A stretch of 31,552 nucleotides of DNA, from positions 64,001 through 95,552 of the IMG/VR virus record IMGVR_UViG_3300035522_000061, one strand, 5' to 3'. The stretch comes from a virus. Taxonomy: Duplodnaviria; Heunggongvirae; Uroviricota; Caudoviricetes. The notes below the pieces were generated by a model. That model saw only the letters and a list, made by a program, of their open reading frames with translations, searched no databases and was not told the origin of the DNA. Numbering within the stretch: position 1 is the first letter of the stretch; each line of letters starts with the position of its first letter. This document shows, one piece after another, positions 1 to 12,800 of the stretch. Made by a program: the position numbers and the translations under genes.

Positions 1-1
1 T

Positions 2-3000
2 CATTAGTTTTATATTCTAAGAATATATAGGAGGATTTGTATTTTCTCCCAAATATTCAAATACATTATAAATACCTCTAAATCCATCATAAGATCTAGA
101 AGATCCTCCGTATAAAATTTCAACAGCGGCATTTACTAAAGCATTATTTTTTGGCATCTGTTCTTTCTTAAAATTACTATATGCTGGATTCAATACCTAA
201 CTGTATAGAGTTCCAAAGAATAACCAAGCTAATCCATCTGTAAGTAATTTCATTAAATTTTTTCTTTGCATAGGATCTAACCAAATATCTTCTTTAAAAG
301 TTCCCTATGGAACAGCTTTAAAAACATCATATAAAGTATACATTATACCCTAAACTATTGTTGGGACTTTCTTTAATACTGGCTAAATATGAGTTATATT
401 TTCTGTAGCTTCTATTTCTGTTCCGTCATAATAATATTTAGTACTTCCATTATCCTGTACTGCATATATTAATCTGCCAGAGTTATCAAAAAATAAAGGA
501 CGCCCAGAATCATCTAAATCCTATTCTAGTTTAAATTCGGTATTAGAATATTGTCCTGGTTTTAACATATAATTAGCATAGATGCCGTTCATCCAGGTAG
601 AGAACATTCCAAAGAAAGTTCCCAAAGCCATGTGTTCATATGCCGCTCTAGTACTTTTATCATAAGAACCATATATAGTATCAGCTGCATGTCTAATTAC
701 ATTAACTTCTTGAAAATTATAAGGCATTGGAAGGTCGTCGCTCATTTGAAGAGCCTATTCAGGATGATCTTGATTATATGCTCGTATGGCATTAAAATAT
801 GCTCCCATCTATTCATAATATTTTGGATTACTTTTATTACCTGATGCAAATATTTTAAAACGCTCATCTTTTTTCCAATCATAAACTAATTTCCCATCTT
901 TAATATCAAAAGCATCATAAACTCCATCTTCGTAGCATTTAGCAACAAATAAAGTCATTCTATTAAGAAAATCAGGGGCGCGTAATGTTGAATACATCCA
1001 GTTCTAATAATTAGTTATTCCTCTTTCAGACTTTAATCCTTCTGAAATTCTAGATATATCCATATTTGAAAGTCTATATATCTAGCATAATTGATTTACT
1101 ATGTTAATAGATCGACTATCAGAAAAAGAATTTTTTATTACTGTGCCGTAAGCCTTTGTTAAAGATTTTGGAGATATATTAGTTTGATAATGATTTAAAG
1201 ATCTCATAGTATTTTGCCAAGCGCCTTCAAAAGTGTCTCGCACTGCTCCTTTTATATTTCCAGCAATTAAAGTATTAGATACTAGTCTTCTAAGAGGTGT
1301 AGTTAATCCAACTATTCTTTGAGATGCTTCATCCATAATAGAAGTTCTGAAAACATTTACTTTTACGAAGTCATCAATCATTGAAATAGTCTACTTAACT
1401 ACCTTTTCCATATTTGGATTTTCTCCTAAAATGTCTAACTAAAATAAAACTCCTTTAATAACGATTAAAGCTTTATTTAATTCTCTAGTTTCAATATCGC
1501 GTTCTATAAAATCTGCTAATAAACTTTCTAGATTAGTTTCAAAATATCCTTCTCCATATTCAGAAATATATCCTTCACGAGTTAATCCTTCCATATAGTT
1601 ATTTCTTTTAACTCGTTCCCCTATTAAAAATTTATTCTATAATTTCATAGCTTTAATGCTAACATCTCGTAATTCCTATTCTTCTTTATTATCTATATCA
1701 TTAATATATTCTTCTACTCCTTTTTTTGGATTTTTTAATAATTCCATGGCTAAATTTTTAGCGTAGGATAATTTTTCTTTTATAGAATATTTCTACAGGC
1801 GAGTAGATTTAGAAGCTCTTTCTAGAGGAATATTAAAATAAGTATCAGAATGATTTTTAATAAAAGCTTGTAAATTTGGATCTTCCACACTTGTAAAATT
1901 AAAAGATATTCCCATCATTGGATACCTTACTTTTGCAAATTCAAATAAAATTCTTTTTAAGAATTCCTATTTAACACTTTTATGGCTGGTTATCTAAGCC
2001 ATATCATTAACATCGTAAGGATTTAACAATCTTAATAAATTATGCCCTTGATTATCTTTTCTATATAAATCTTCAAACTACGAAGCCTAATTACCAATAG
2101 TAGCATTCTATAATTTAGTGTATCCAATATCATCGTAATATTTATATAATAATTTACGAATTGGCACCCATTTATTTTCAGCCTACTCGGCTATAGAGTT
2201 AATAGTTTTAGTATATAAATCAACAATTATACGAAAATTTCTATTTGGAACACTACCACTTACAAAACCATATCTATCCATACCACTAAGTACTTTTTCT
2301 GTAGGACTAATTTCTCCAACAGTATAGTAGGTAATAGCATTAACAACCTACTAGTATAAAAGAGCTATTTTTTTAAAGGAAGGATCTTTTAAAAGAACCT
2401 AAAAATCAGTAGTGTCAAGTTGCGGAAATCCGTCTTTTAAAGCTTTTTCAACTTCTCTTAATGCTGTTATTTTAGCCTCGACTGTTTCAGCAGATGCTAA
2501 TGCCCCAAATCCTGTTTCAATTAATTGCTACTTTTCGGATTCTGAAGCCTTGTTATCTTGTATAATCGATTCATATTCCTACAGCAAAGTCTAAAATCTG
2601 CTTATATAATAATATTGTCCAAAGTTATTTTTAATAGTAGTATTTGGTAATTTAGTATTTACATATTGAATAATAGGGGTAAAGCACTCTTTTGATAGTG
2701 TTTCTATGCTAAATGGAATTCCCTGACCTCCATTCCTAAGTGATAGTACTTGTAATTTACCCAATATTAAATCACCTTTTATTTTCGGCAGAACTTGGTT
2801 TAAAAGAACCATTGTTCTAACCGCTTCAATATTACCGTAGTTTGCACGATAATTAAATAAACTTCCAGATTTATTATCGGGTAAATAATATCCCAATACA
2901 GTATTGCCTCTTTTACCTATATTTATTTCAGTTCCTAAATTAAAGGTACTTAAAGTAATTACATCTAATTGATGGGTTATTTTATTTTTAATAAGAATAA

Positions 3001-4498
3001 TTCCAGCGCTATTAAGAGTATCGTTTTCTAATAATTCCCAATCAGAACCCTCTTCCTTAGATTTCTGAACAAAATATTTACTTAATATTTTATGTAAATA
3101 AGCTCCATTTGTAGCATACGCAGAATCAGTTAAAAATGAAGTAATGCCAGTATTAATACCAGCTTTAATATCTTTTAAAAGACGGTGTAATACAACATCA
3201 TTATTAGTATCAAATAACTCTTTTCCATTTCTAATTACATGCTCTAAAATTTCGGTATTTTTTTCTGGTTTTGCATTAGATTTTATGGGAATAATTTTAT
3301 CCTGCCCTAATTCTAACTAATAAGCATATTCAGGATTATTACTATCTAAAATATGAGATTTATTCTTTTTAACCCATTCTAATGCAGTTAATCTAACTCC
3401 ATCGGCTTGAATATCTCTAGCTGGAAATATAAGTTTCAGTTGCTCATTTACTATATCAACATCTTCATCGTTTATAGAATCTAATACTACAGAAGATTTT
3501 ATAAAATTACGGGCAACTTTATCATATTTGCCAAATACATATTTTCCATTAAATACAGTCAATTCAATAGGAGTGTCTCGCATTATTGCAGATTTTACTA
3601 CAGATAAATCATCATTATATTTTATTTTAACAGGAACAATATTTAAAGTAGCGTGACGTACACTAATACCCTAACTTGCCAACATTTGTTTCAGTAAAGC
3701 CATTTGATATTTATACTTTTCCAGCTTTACAGATTGTGGCTATATAGTACTAGTGGTTGTTTTAAAATTAAATAAATGTACATCTCCAGAAGCATCTACT
3801 ACAACCATATCTATATGTCCAAATAAATCTTTGTCTATATTTTCTATTTTATTTTTTATATTTAAATTATATATTATTCTGGAATGCTGTCCCCCATTCT
3901 TTCTGAGTATTCCACCAAGAGTTTTTTCTTTAAAAGTAATATAACTATCCCAAAGCTCTCCTGCTACGGCTTCAAATTTAGTTCCTTTAGCATCACTCTC
4001 AAAATCTTGCCGATCGTAATCTTTAGAACTCATTTTAGATAGTAGAATATGTAAATCTGTACCGTCATCTGCAATTATTTGCCATTTATCTACTTCTTTT
4101 TGAGCAATTTCTTTAGCTTCTTCTTCACTTAATCCTTCTGATACTAATGCTGTTGCGGTCTCAGAAATATAATCAGAATCATGTAATTTATAAATTAGAG
4201 GTTTTCCATTTAGAGTAAATTGATTGGAATCAATAAATTCCTGACCACTTATAGAATCATTGTCTGAAATTATAGGTTCTCCATCAAAGAATGATGTATT
4301 GCTTTTTGAAAATCCTTCTTTCCTAAGTTCTACTAATTTAGACACAATATCTTCCTAAGTTATTAATGCTGCATCTCTGCTAAGTACTAAATCATTGGCA
4401 GTTTTTGCATTTCTCTTTTTTCTGTATTCTTCAATAAGATCTAAGTAACTATGTTTTTTGTTATTTGGATCAGCTTTAAAAGTATATGTACATCCCAT
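2..4498 (-). CDS. Gene F: large virion cargo/ejection protein (>1499 aa, runs off the left edge) with an N-terminal PD-(D/E)xK-like domain
   Basis: ATG at 4498 (MGCTYTFKADPN...), 1 nt after the TAA of gene E. ORF fragments 3740, 3317, 2591, 1082, 809 and 521 share this frame and are joined by TAG. The frame is still open at the window edge (...GENTNPPIYSQNIKLM). Confidence 0.85.
3665..4070 (-). other. PD-(D/E)xK nuclease-like domain within gene F (possibly inactive); boundaries approximate
   Basis: Motif order GTDLH ... FGHIDMVVVDASGDVHLFNFKT ... YKYQMALL matches the PDDEXK_1/Cas4-like pattern (GTxxH, GxID, (D/E)xK, YxxQ). The acidic residue of (D/E)xK is Asn (3767-3769). Confidence 0.7.
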
Positions 4499-4499
4499 A

Positions 4500-6866
4500 T
4501 TAACATTTTTCAATTATATTCTTTTCCTTTATCTCTTTAGCTATCCAATTAGATGCCTCTCTGAATACTTTTCCTGTTTCAAAATCTAAACCTGTGGCAG
4601 ATTTTCCAATATCTTTATTAAATTGTAAAAAAACATTATTTAATTTTCCTTTATATATAGAATCTATATCATCCTCTTTTGCCAATGTAAAAATTCTTGG
4701 AAGAAGTTTATCAACTTCTTCTTTAGTTTCTTCTAAAGCTTCGTCACTAGTTTCCTATCTATTAGTATCAAATATTTCAGAGGAGTTTTTACCAGATATA
4801 AATTCAGAAAATAGTTTTACAAAAGCTTCTTCTGCTACGTCAATATCTGCTAAATTTGGATAAACTTTAGCTTTTAAAAACTATTTTAAATTACGACCTT
4901 TTTCTGTTGCAATTACTTTTCCAAGTAATTTTTCATATGCTTGATAATTGGAAGCCTTTAAAGCACCTAGAATTAAATGTGTGTATTCATGAATTGCGTC
5001 TGCAGAAGTAGCAACACTTCCATTTATATATATTTTACCCTTCCGAATAAAAGCTTTAGTACCAGCAGGTACTTCTGGGAACTAAGTAGTTACTTCATCC
5101 TATGTGAGCACTTTGGCGTTTACATTAAATCTTTCCGTTAAATGTTCTACGACTTCATCAATTAATCCTATGATCGGCTAAGGTCTTTTATATTTACTGT
5201 TTACAGTAATTTTATCGTCAGATAAAGGAATTACATTTAAAATATAACTAGATTGTTTATAACTATTTTCTGCCTATTCAACTTTATGGGAATTCTAAAC
5301 ATAATATCTTAAATAATTATTATTGTCTATAGCGTTTTTAATAGTTATTAAAATACTATTAAATTTATCAGCATTTTCTTTTGTTAATTTTCTATCTTCT
5401 ATAGAATCTCCAGTTTCTTGATTTATTAAATAGGTAAATATTCCAGCAGATTCTATACTATTAACAATATTCTTTAAACTCAAAAACTAAGACTCTGTTA
5501 ATTGTTCTTTAAAGTGTTCATAAAAGTCTTCTAAGGTCTAATCAGATCTTAGCATTGTATATTCATCGTAGTTTAAATGTGTATTTTTATCTAAATCAAT
5601 ATTTAGTAATTGAATACCACTTCCACTTATATGAAAAATATTATTATTTACTTCTAAAGTTCTATTATAACTTCCTGGAAACCGTAATCCTATATCAAAT
5701 AGTTTCTTAAAGGATCCTCTTTTAGAATCCGTATATAAAATATCTATAGCTTTTTTTGCTTGAGCCATATTAGTAAACTCATTAGGCTAATCTGTTGGAG
5801 CAAGTAATCCTCTACTATAAATATAAGATGTTTTATCATCTTTAATATATTTATAAATAGTAAATCCTCTATAATTTTCTACTTTCGTAGTATATTCGTT
5901 AATAGAATCATAAGTAAGATTTAATTTACTATCTAATGTTTGAAAAGCTATTTTTAAAACTATAGCATCCTCATTTATACTCTATACTTTACAAGATAAT
6001 TCGGTTAAATTTTTTTGTATTTCTGTAAATAAATCCTTTACGAATTGTTCATCCTTTTTCCAACCTTTTTTTAATTTAATATTGGGAAAAAACTATTTAA
6101 GTATAAGTTCAAGCTAATCATAAGTAAGAATACTACTATTAGAATCTTTTACTTTATCAGTTCTAGCGTTTAATTCCATATCTAAAGGTTGGCTATATCC
6201 TATATATGAGTTACTAGTTAAAGTCCTAATAGTTTCAGTAAGTAATCCATAAGTTCCGCGTCCAACGGGGGAAGTTCTATATGGAGCATTATTAGTTAAA
6301 AAATCTATTAACAAGTCCTGAGAACTTTTAAATTTCTTTTTTAAAGCTTTTTCTACTATTGGTTTTATTGCCGAAATTCTATCATCTTCTTTGTAACTGG
6401 TTAATACACTATTTTTTGCTCTTAAATGCGCATATAATTTTTTAATACTTCCTGGACTATTCTATACTACGTACACTAAACCCCCTGTACTACTTTTCTT
6501 ATATATAACATCTCTAATATTAATACCATTAAAATCAAAAACGTCTATAAGAAGTATATCAGGATCTTCAGATATATTAGGAAACCCATCAGGATTTGCA
6601 TATTGTAATGTATGAAATTTACAATTACCTACTATACCATCTTTTAAATCCTTTAATTCTACAGCTCGTTTATCATACTTTTTTAAATTTTCAATAATAT
6701 CTATTAAGTTTTCTTTTATTTCTGTATTTGAATTTAAAACCTTAGCTATATTTGTTAAATTTACTGTTTTCGGAATAAGGTTACTGTTTTCTATAACAAT
6801 CTTAGGGAGAGCTTCATCGCCCTCCCTAAGAATACCATTTATATTGAATACTATATCACATCCCAT
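4500..6866 (-). CDS. Gene E: zincin-like metallopeptidase-domain virion protein (788 aa)
   Basis: ATG at 6866 (MGCDIVF), TAA at 4500-4502 (...NIIEKC*). Fragments 6462, 6114, 5538, 5295 and 4500 share a frame. GKIYINGSVATSADAIHEYTHLILGAL gives HExxH at 4977-4991, followed by VAEEAFV (third-ligand Glu, MPTase-like). Confidence 0.85.
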
Positions 6867-6867
6867 C

Positions 6868-9800
6868 TTAACAATTTTCTGTATTAATAATTATTAAACC
6901 TCTCTTTATTAAATTATTTAAAATTCCTACAATCTATGCCACATCATTAGATCTTAAACCTGCAATTGCATTAATTTTTAAATTTGCAAAAGGAGTTTTT
7001 ATGCAACCATAATCATTATAATTCTAAATTCTATTATACTTTATGGCATCATTTTCTTTCTAATCTGCATAATAATCAACATCTGGAACTAAATCTTTAG
7101 GACTTCTATATTGTCCTTTATATTTACGTTTATACATAATTCTGCCATTTATGTATTCTCTGACTATATCCTCATTATGACTACCTTCCTAAGTTTCAGA
7201 AATTACAGGAGCAATTTTATAACGCGCATCATCCATATTAAATCCCCATTCTTCTAACTCAGCTATAGATTCTGGCATTTTAGCATCCACAAAATCTAAA
7301 TCTCCTACATATTTCATAAATGATTTAATAATAGAATCATTTTTTATTATGCCTAAGAAGTTTCCAAATAAAGTAGTCAATCTATCAGAACCAAATTTAT
7401 TTTTATTAACTACTAAATTATATAACATAAACCAATCCGATAAAGGTCTCCCGCCTAATTCATAATTTTGTAATTTAATAAAATCACTTAAACATTCTTG
7501 ATATTTACCTTCATTTTCAGCTGTAGAAACAACATTCTACATATCGAGATTTAATCTTAAAAATCTTTGATTCTCATTATTTAAGTCAAATACTAAATTC
7601 CTTATAAATTTATTGTCCATAGGAAATTCTTTCTTCACTACCTTACCATCTACAACGTCGGAATAATAACCTTGTTTTAATTCTGAAAATAACTTTTCTT
7701 CTATTAATCTTTTAAAAGACCCTCTACTATATTCAGAATCTACTACTATATGATCAAATTCACTTGTAACTGTTTGATCCTCCCAGTTAAAGTCTATTAT
7801 TTTATCATCCTTAAATATAGGATATTTAAATTGCTGCTCATTTAAGAACTTTAATATTAAAACATCATCAACATAATCAATTAATTTTTTTATTTTAAGA
7901 TCGTCAATAACATCATAGTCATCAAATAATTTTGCAGTTAAATTTTCAACAAGGGCAGTCTTTTTTATACAAGTCTATTCAAAAGTGTAGACAGCTTTAA
8001 GAATATCAAATATAGATTTAAAATGAGGTAATTTATCAATTATGTCAAATACATTCCAAGTTCCTTTTATTAAATTATAATAATCGGAAGTAGCTTTACG
8101 ATATCCGTTTTGATTATTTAACCATTTCTAAAAACTAAAAGTATTTACAATTCCTAAATCTTTAGCAGTAGTCAAAATTGTTCTAATTTCTTCTTCTGAA
8201 TATTTAGAATTTCTATCTTTTAATGTTTGTACTAAATTATTAAAATAATCTTCATTTTCAAACTATTTAGCACTTATTGCAAACATCATTTCTTTATTAT
8301 GTACTATTTTATTAATTCTAATATTTAAAGCTATTAATTCTTCAATAGAAGTTGGAATACCCTAATTAAATCCTAATAAAGTAGATCCCAATTCACTTGT
8401 TTCAGTAGCTAAATTATAAACATGCTCAAACTCTTCTAAGTCTGCAATATAATCAGATTCAGTTAATCCAGAATCCTTAACCTTATCAACTAAATTTTCA
8501 ATAAAATCAGATAATGCCATTATTCCATTATTTAATTTAGACTTAGTTGCTTGCTGCGAAGTATCTAAGAAATCAAATAATTCCTAGTCTATTTCTCCAG
8601 ATATTTTAGCAAAGAAGAAATCTTTTAATAATTCATCAAAGTTATATTCTTTTGGAACTAATTTAGATTCTGAAATTTCAGTTTCTGCACCCTCTTCATT
8701 TTTCATTTTCTTGGTAATAGTCTAAGTTTCCATTCCATACCCAGCATCATGTAATGCTTTAGAAACTTTAGCATTAAGAGCTGCAAAAGCTTGATTATAT
8801 AAGGCTTGTGATACATAATTTCCATATTCTTCATCAAGAACTTTAGAAGTACCACTTAAAAACTATTTATATGGAATGTGCCCTCGCATCCATCTTATAA
8901 CCTTATTCATATTTGTTTTGTACAAATATTCATCAAACATATTTACGTTATTAAGATCATTTGCTATAGATACAACAGGACTAGTCATGAAACTAACTAT
9001 ATCATTAATACTGAACCCCATCATAATAAGATGTAAATAACATTTGGCTAAATTAGTTCCAGCATTAATCTTCGCAAGAATAAGCTCCTTAGCATTATCT
9101 GTTGCCGCAGATAATAATTGACTAATTAAATCGTCTGCATAAATACCATTTTCCTAAATATTTCTAACAGCCTCAATTAATTCCTTATTATAAGCTTGCC
9201 ATGTTTCAGTTTTATTTTCAATATCTGCATCTGTGATATTATATTTGGCTCTTAACTCAGCATCAATATCAGAAGCTGCATTAAAATATAATCTTAATTG
9301 TTCGTTATTTTCGAAATTTATATTTGCGATAGTATTCTTAGTGAGGGACTACATATTACCAGTAGATCTTCCTTGTATTCTATTAAAAGTCTAATTAAAA
9401 TACATATTTCTAAGTCTTATCGGATCTCCAGTTATTAATCCTTCATTCCAATAGTGGCTAGTATTAAAGAATACTTTTTCTCCAACGGCTGTAATACCAA
9501 TAACTCCTTTACCTACCATATTTTGTTCTTGCATTAAGAATTTAGTAAGAGGATTCATTAAAGTCATTCTTTCAGATTTACTACCTTTAGGACTTTGTTC
9601 TGATGCCTTACGTATAGAAGACATTGCAATTGGAGAATATGCCTAGTCCATATTTCTTAAATTCTAAATAATATTAGAAATTGAAGAAGAAACAGAATTT
9701 TTTAAGCATCTCTAAATCATATTAGGAGTTATTTCTGTATCCTGATGGCTTTGTAAATCATTAACTATATCTTGAGCTATATTATCGTCTACAGTCCATG

Positions 9801-12800
9801 TTATATATTGATATTGTTTACCCTTAGAATAAGTAATAGGTTTATCTTGTAAAACTCTAAGCAAATCAGCTTCTGCTCTAATCTTTTCTACTTTAGTTGT
9901 TTTAGAAGCAATTTTACTAATATAATCTGAAATATCAAAGCCAGTATCGCTTTTTACATATTTAACACCTTCTGGTATAGGTAAATATTCAGAAGCTCTA
10001 AGAGTATCTATAGAGGAATAATCAAATAAATTACTCCATCCTAAATATTTTCCATTATCATCAAATTCATATCCCATTATATATGCTTTATCAATATCCA
10101 GTATACCCTATGTCTTTCAACATAAGCTCGACTATATCATCACTTGTTATCAAGTGTCTCGCGCTTCGAAACAGCACTATGCTGTGCAATGAATTCTTTC
10201 TTAGTAGAACTTTCTCGTATTTTATATAAAAGAGATGGAACTTGTTCAATATATGGTTTTACTATTTTAATAAATTTATCAGAATCATTGTTAGTACGTA
10301 CTGAAATAGAATATAATTTAGATTTTTCTATAAAAGGTCTAAATTCTATATCCCAGACATCTTTAAAGTACTCTATTATCATCTTACATGTTTCTTCATT
10401 GACACATGTGGATATTTTAATACTTCTTTGAATTGATCCATTTCTTTGTTCTGATTCATTTATATTAATAAAACCATCATCCATAAACCATATGGCAAGA
10501 CCTTGAGCATCCAGCCAATTCAATAGGTTTCTTGTAAAGGTTTTCTTTGGAGTATACACCGAGCGTCTTAAAGCTTTAATAGTGGAATGTAAAGATATTT
10601 GAGAGTATAAAACACCTTTACCTTTATTATATCCGCATGTAGATATATACTCCTTAATTCCATTATTTTTTATACCGAGTTTATTAAGTAATCCAACTTT
10701 CCATTCTAAATATTCTCGTTGCTCTACAGAATGAGAAAGTTTAAAAACATAATTACTAGAGATTGTGCCATCTCCCAGTAATAATGCTATTAATAATCTT
10801 TTTTGTTCTTTACTAAGTGATTTTTGAATTTTTCTTGCCATTTATTCAATAATTTAAATTAAACATTGAATAAAAGTTCTACTCCCTTTCGGGATAGTCT
10901 GTGAACTTTCATCCTTGCAAATATAGTAAATATTTTATCAATTGACTAATCAATTTATATAAATTTTACCTAGGATGCTTAGCTGCGGATTGTCTAATTT
11001 TATATACTTTTTACTATACCAATAGTAATTAATTATTGCCATTAGATGTATTTCTACTCTAATTTAGTATATATAAACTTAAAGAGTTTCCCGCAATTCA
11101 CGAGATTTTATGACTACAATATTTTATCTAGTTTAACTAGAAGGGGTTATGTCATACTACTCTGGTATGGTAGTATCAATAGTCAGAACCCTAAAGCCAG
11201 GTCTGCCAATGGCTTACATAGCATATATTCTTGCTACTCTACGTAAAAGCTACTGCTTTCATCTACATAAAAGACTGTAAAGTCTAAGCAGGGATACGAG
11301 CAGCTGTAAAATATAAAGATTTCAAGAAAGAAGAATAGACTTCCTCTGCAAATTGTGAATAATAATTTACTAAAGCTGCATTATATTTCTTTGTATCTAT
11401 ATTAATATGATCATTTTTTATTTTAGCTGGTTTTAAATATTCTTCTAGAGTTTCATTTAAAAATTCTCCAGCTTTTCCAGTAATGTTTATATGAGGAATA
11501 ATACTCTTAATATGGTCAGCTGATGATGTATACATAGAATCATTAAGTCTTATGCCATTATAATTATTCTCATAATACATTTTAGTCATAATACTTCCAA
11601 TCTATTTATATACATCATTCATAAGTTTATCTCTGAGAGCTTTTACTTTCTAGTCTTTATCTAATTTCTAATATTCTTCTGAATCTGTAAATCCAGTATC
11701 CTTTCCAAAGGCTGATAACATATTCTAAATATTAAAATGTCTTAGATTATAGGTTATAGGATGATTTCCTTTAACTTCAACTATCTAATAGTTAGAAACA
11801 TATTCTTTATATCTATATACAGCGCCTTTATAGTATCTAAGTTCTGGATCTACAATCTCAGTATTATCTTTAGCACTATAAAATTTACCTTTTTGATAAA
11901 CTATATCTTTTGTCTTTATATTCTTACCTACTTTAAATAAAATCTAATTATCTTTTGTGGTAGCATATACTTCATTATTTTTTTCTAAAGTATATTTCCA
12001 ACCAATATTTCTAGGTTTAAATACATTTTCTGGATCTACTTTAGGAGTTTTAAAAGTAATGTAAGTATGTTTACCGCTACCGGTAGTAAATGCCATATCA
12101 TAATGTTTGGAAATAATAGGAGTAATTCTTCTAGGTTTAAAATAATTAGCACCGAAAGATTTTAATTCGGCTAAAGATCTTCCAGAAGTATTGTACTTAG
12201 AAGCATACATATTAGAAATTACTAATTCTGCAGCTTCGTTTTTTAAATTATATATTTTTCTACCTTTGTAAAATCCTTTTTCTAGTTCATCAAACATTTT
12301 CTAAATTTCACGTCTATTCTAAGTAGCATTAAAATTAGAATCTTCTCTATTTAAAAATGACTACACTACTGGTTCTGTTAAGAATACATTAGTAGAGACT
12401 CTATGTGTAGTAGCCTTAGCTAAAGTCTTCAATCCTCTTTCTTCTTCGTAGTAAGTATTTTTACCTCTTTCTACGATAGGATTAACAGTATTTATTACGA
12501 CTGCATAAATTCCTGGAACTTTGCCATCCTCTAATTTTTTCTTAAATATTTCCCGATTTCTTTCAACCCAAGTATTGAAAGTATCCTTACCATATTCTAT
12601 ACCAAATATATCTTTAAAGAATTCTTCATCAGTTTTGTCCTAGTAACCATATCTGGCTTTTCTTTCTTTTAATGTTTTTCCATGACCATTCTTTAAATCC
12701 AGTTCTCCTTTTTTATTTGGAATTTCTTGCCTAACATTCTTTTCGTCAATAGTAAGATCTTTCCAATCATTATTCTATCGACGCCCATTAGACATAATTT

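Larger units (their letters stand above)
10099..11178 (-). mobile_element. Group I self-splicing intron (1080 nt) in the RNAP catalytic motif
   Basis: The 5' exon ends in U (GAC UAU|) and the intron ends in G (..AUACUG|GAU). Core elements on the minus strand: P AAUUGCGGGAAA (~11087-11098), Q AAUCCGCAGC (~10982-10991), R GUUCACAGACUA (~10895-10906), S GAUAUAGUC (~10130-10138). P7 is GACUA/UAGUC and P9 is a GAAA-capped stem. The IGS AAUAUUGUAGUCA (11123-11111) pairs exon 1 GACUAU with a U.G at the splice site (P1) and exon 2 GAUAUU (P10). Confidence 0.95.

Noticed and set aside
7161-7173. GATATAGTC on the minus strand, resembling a second group I intron S element
   Set aside because: It sits in open coding sequence (EDIV) of RNAP exon 2, with no matching P, Q or R elements and no frame interruption.
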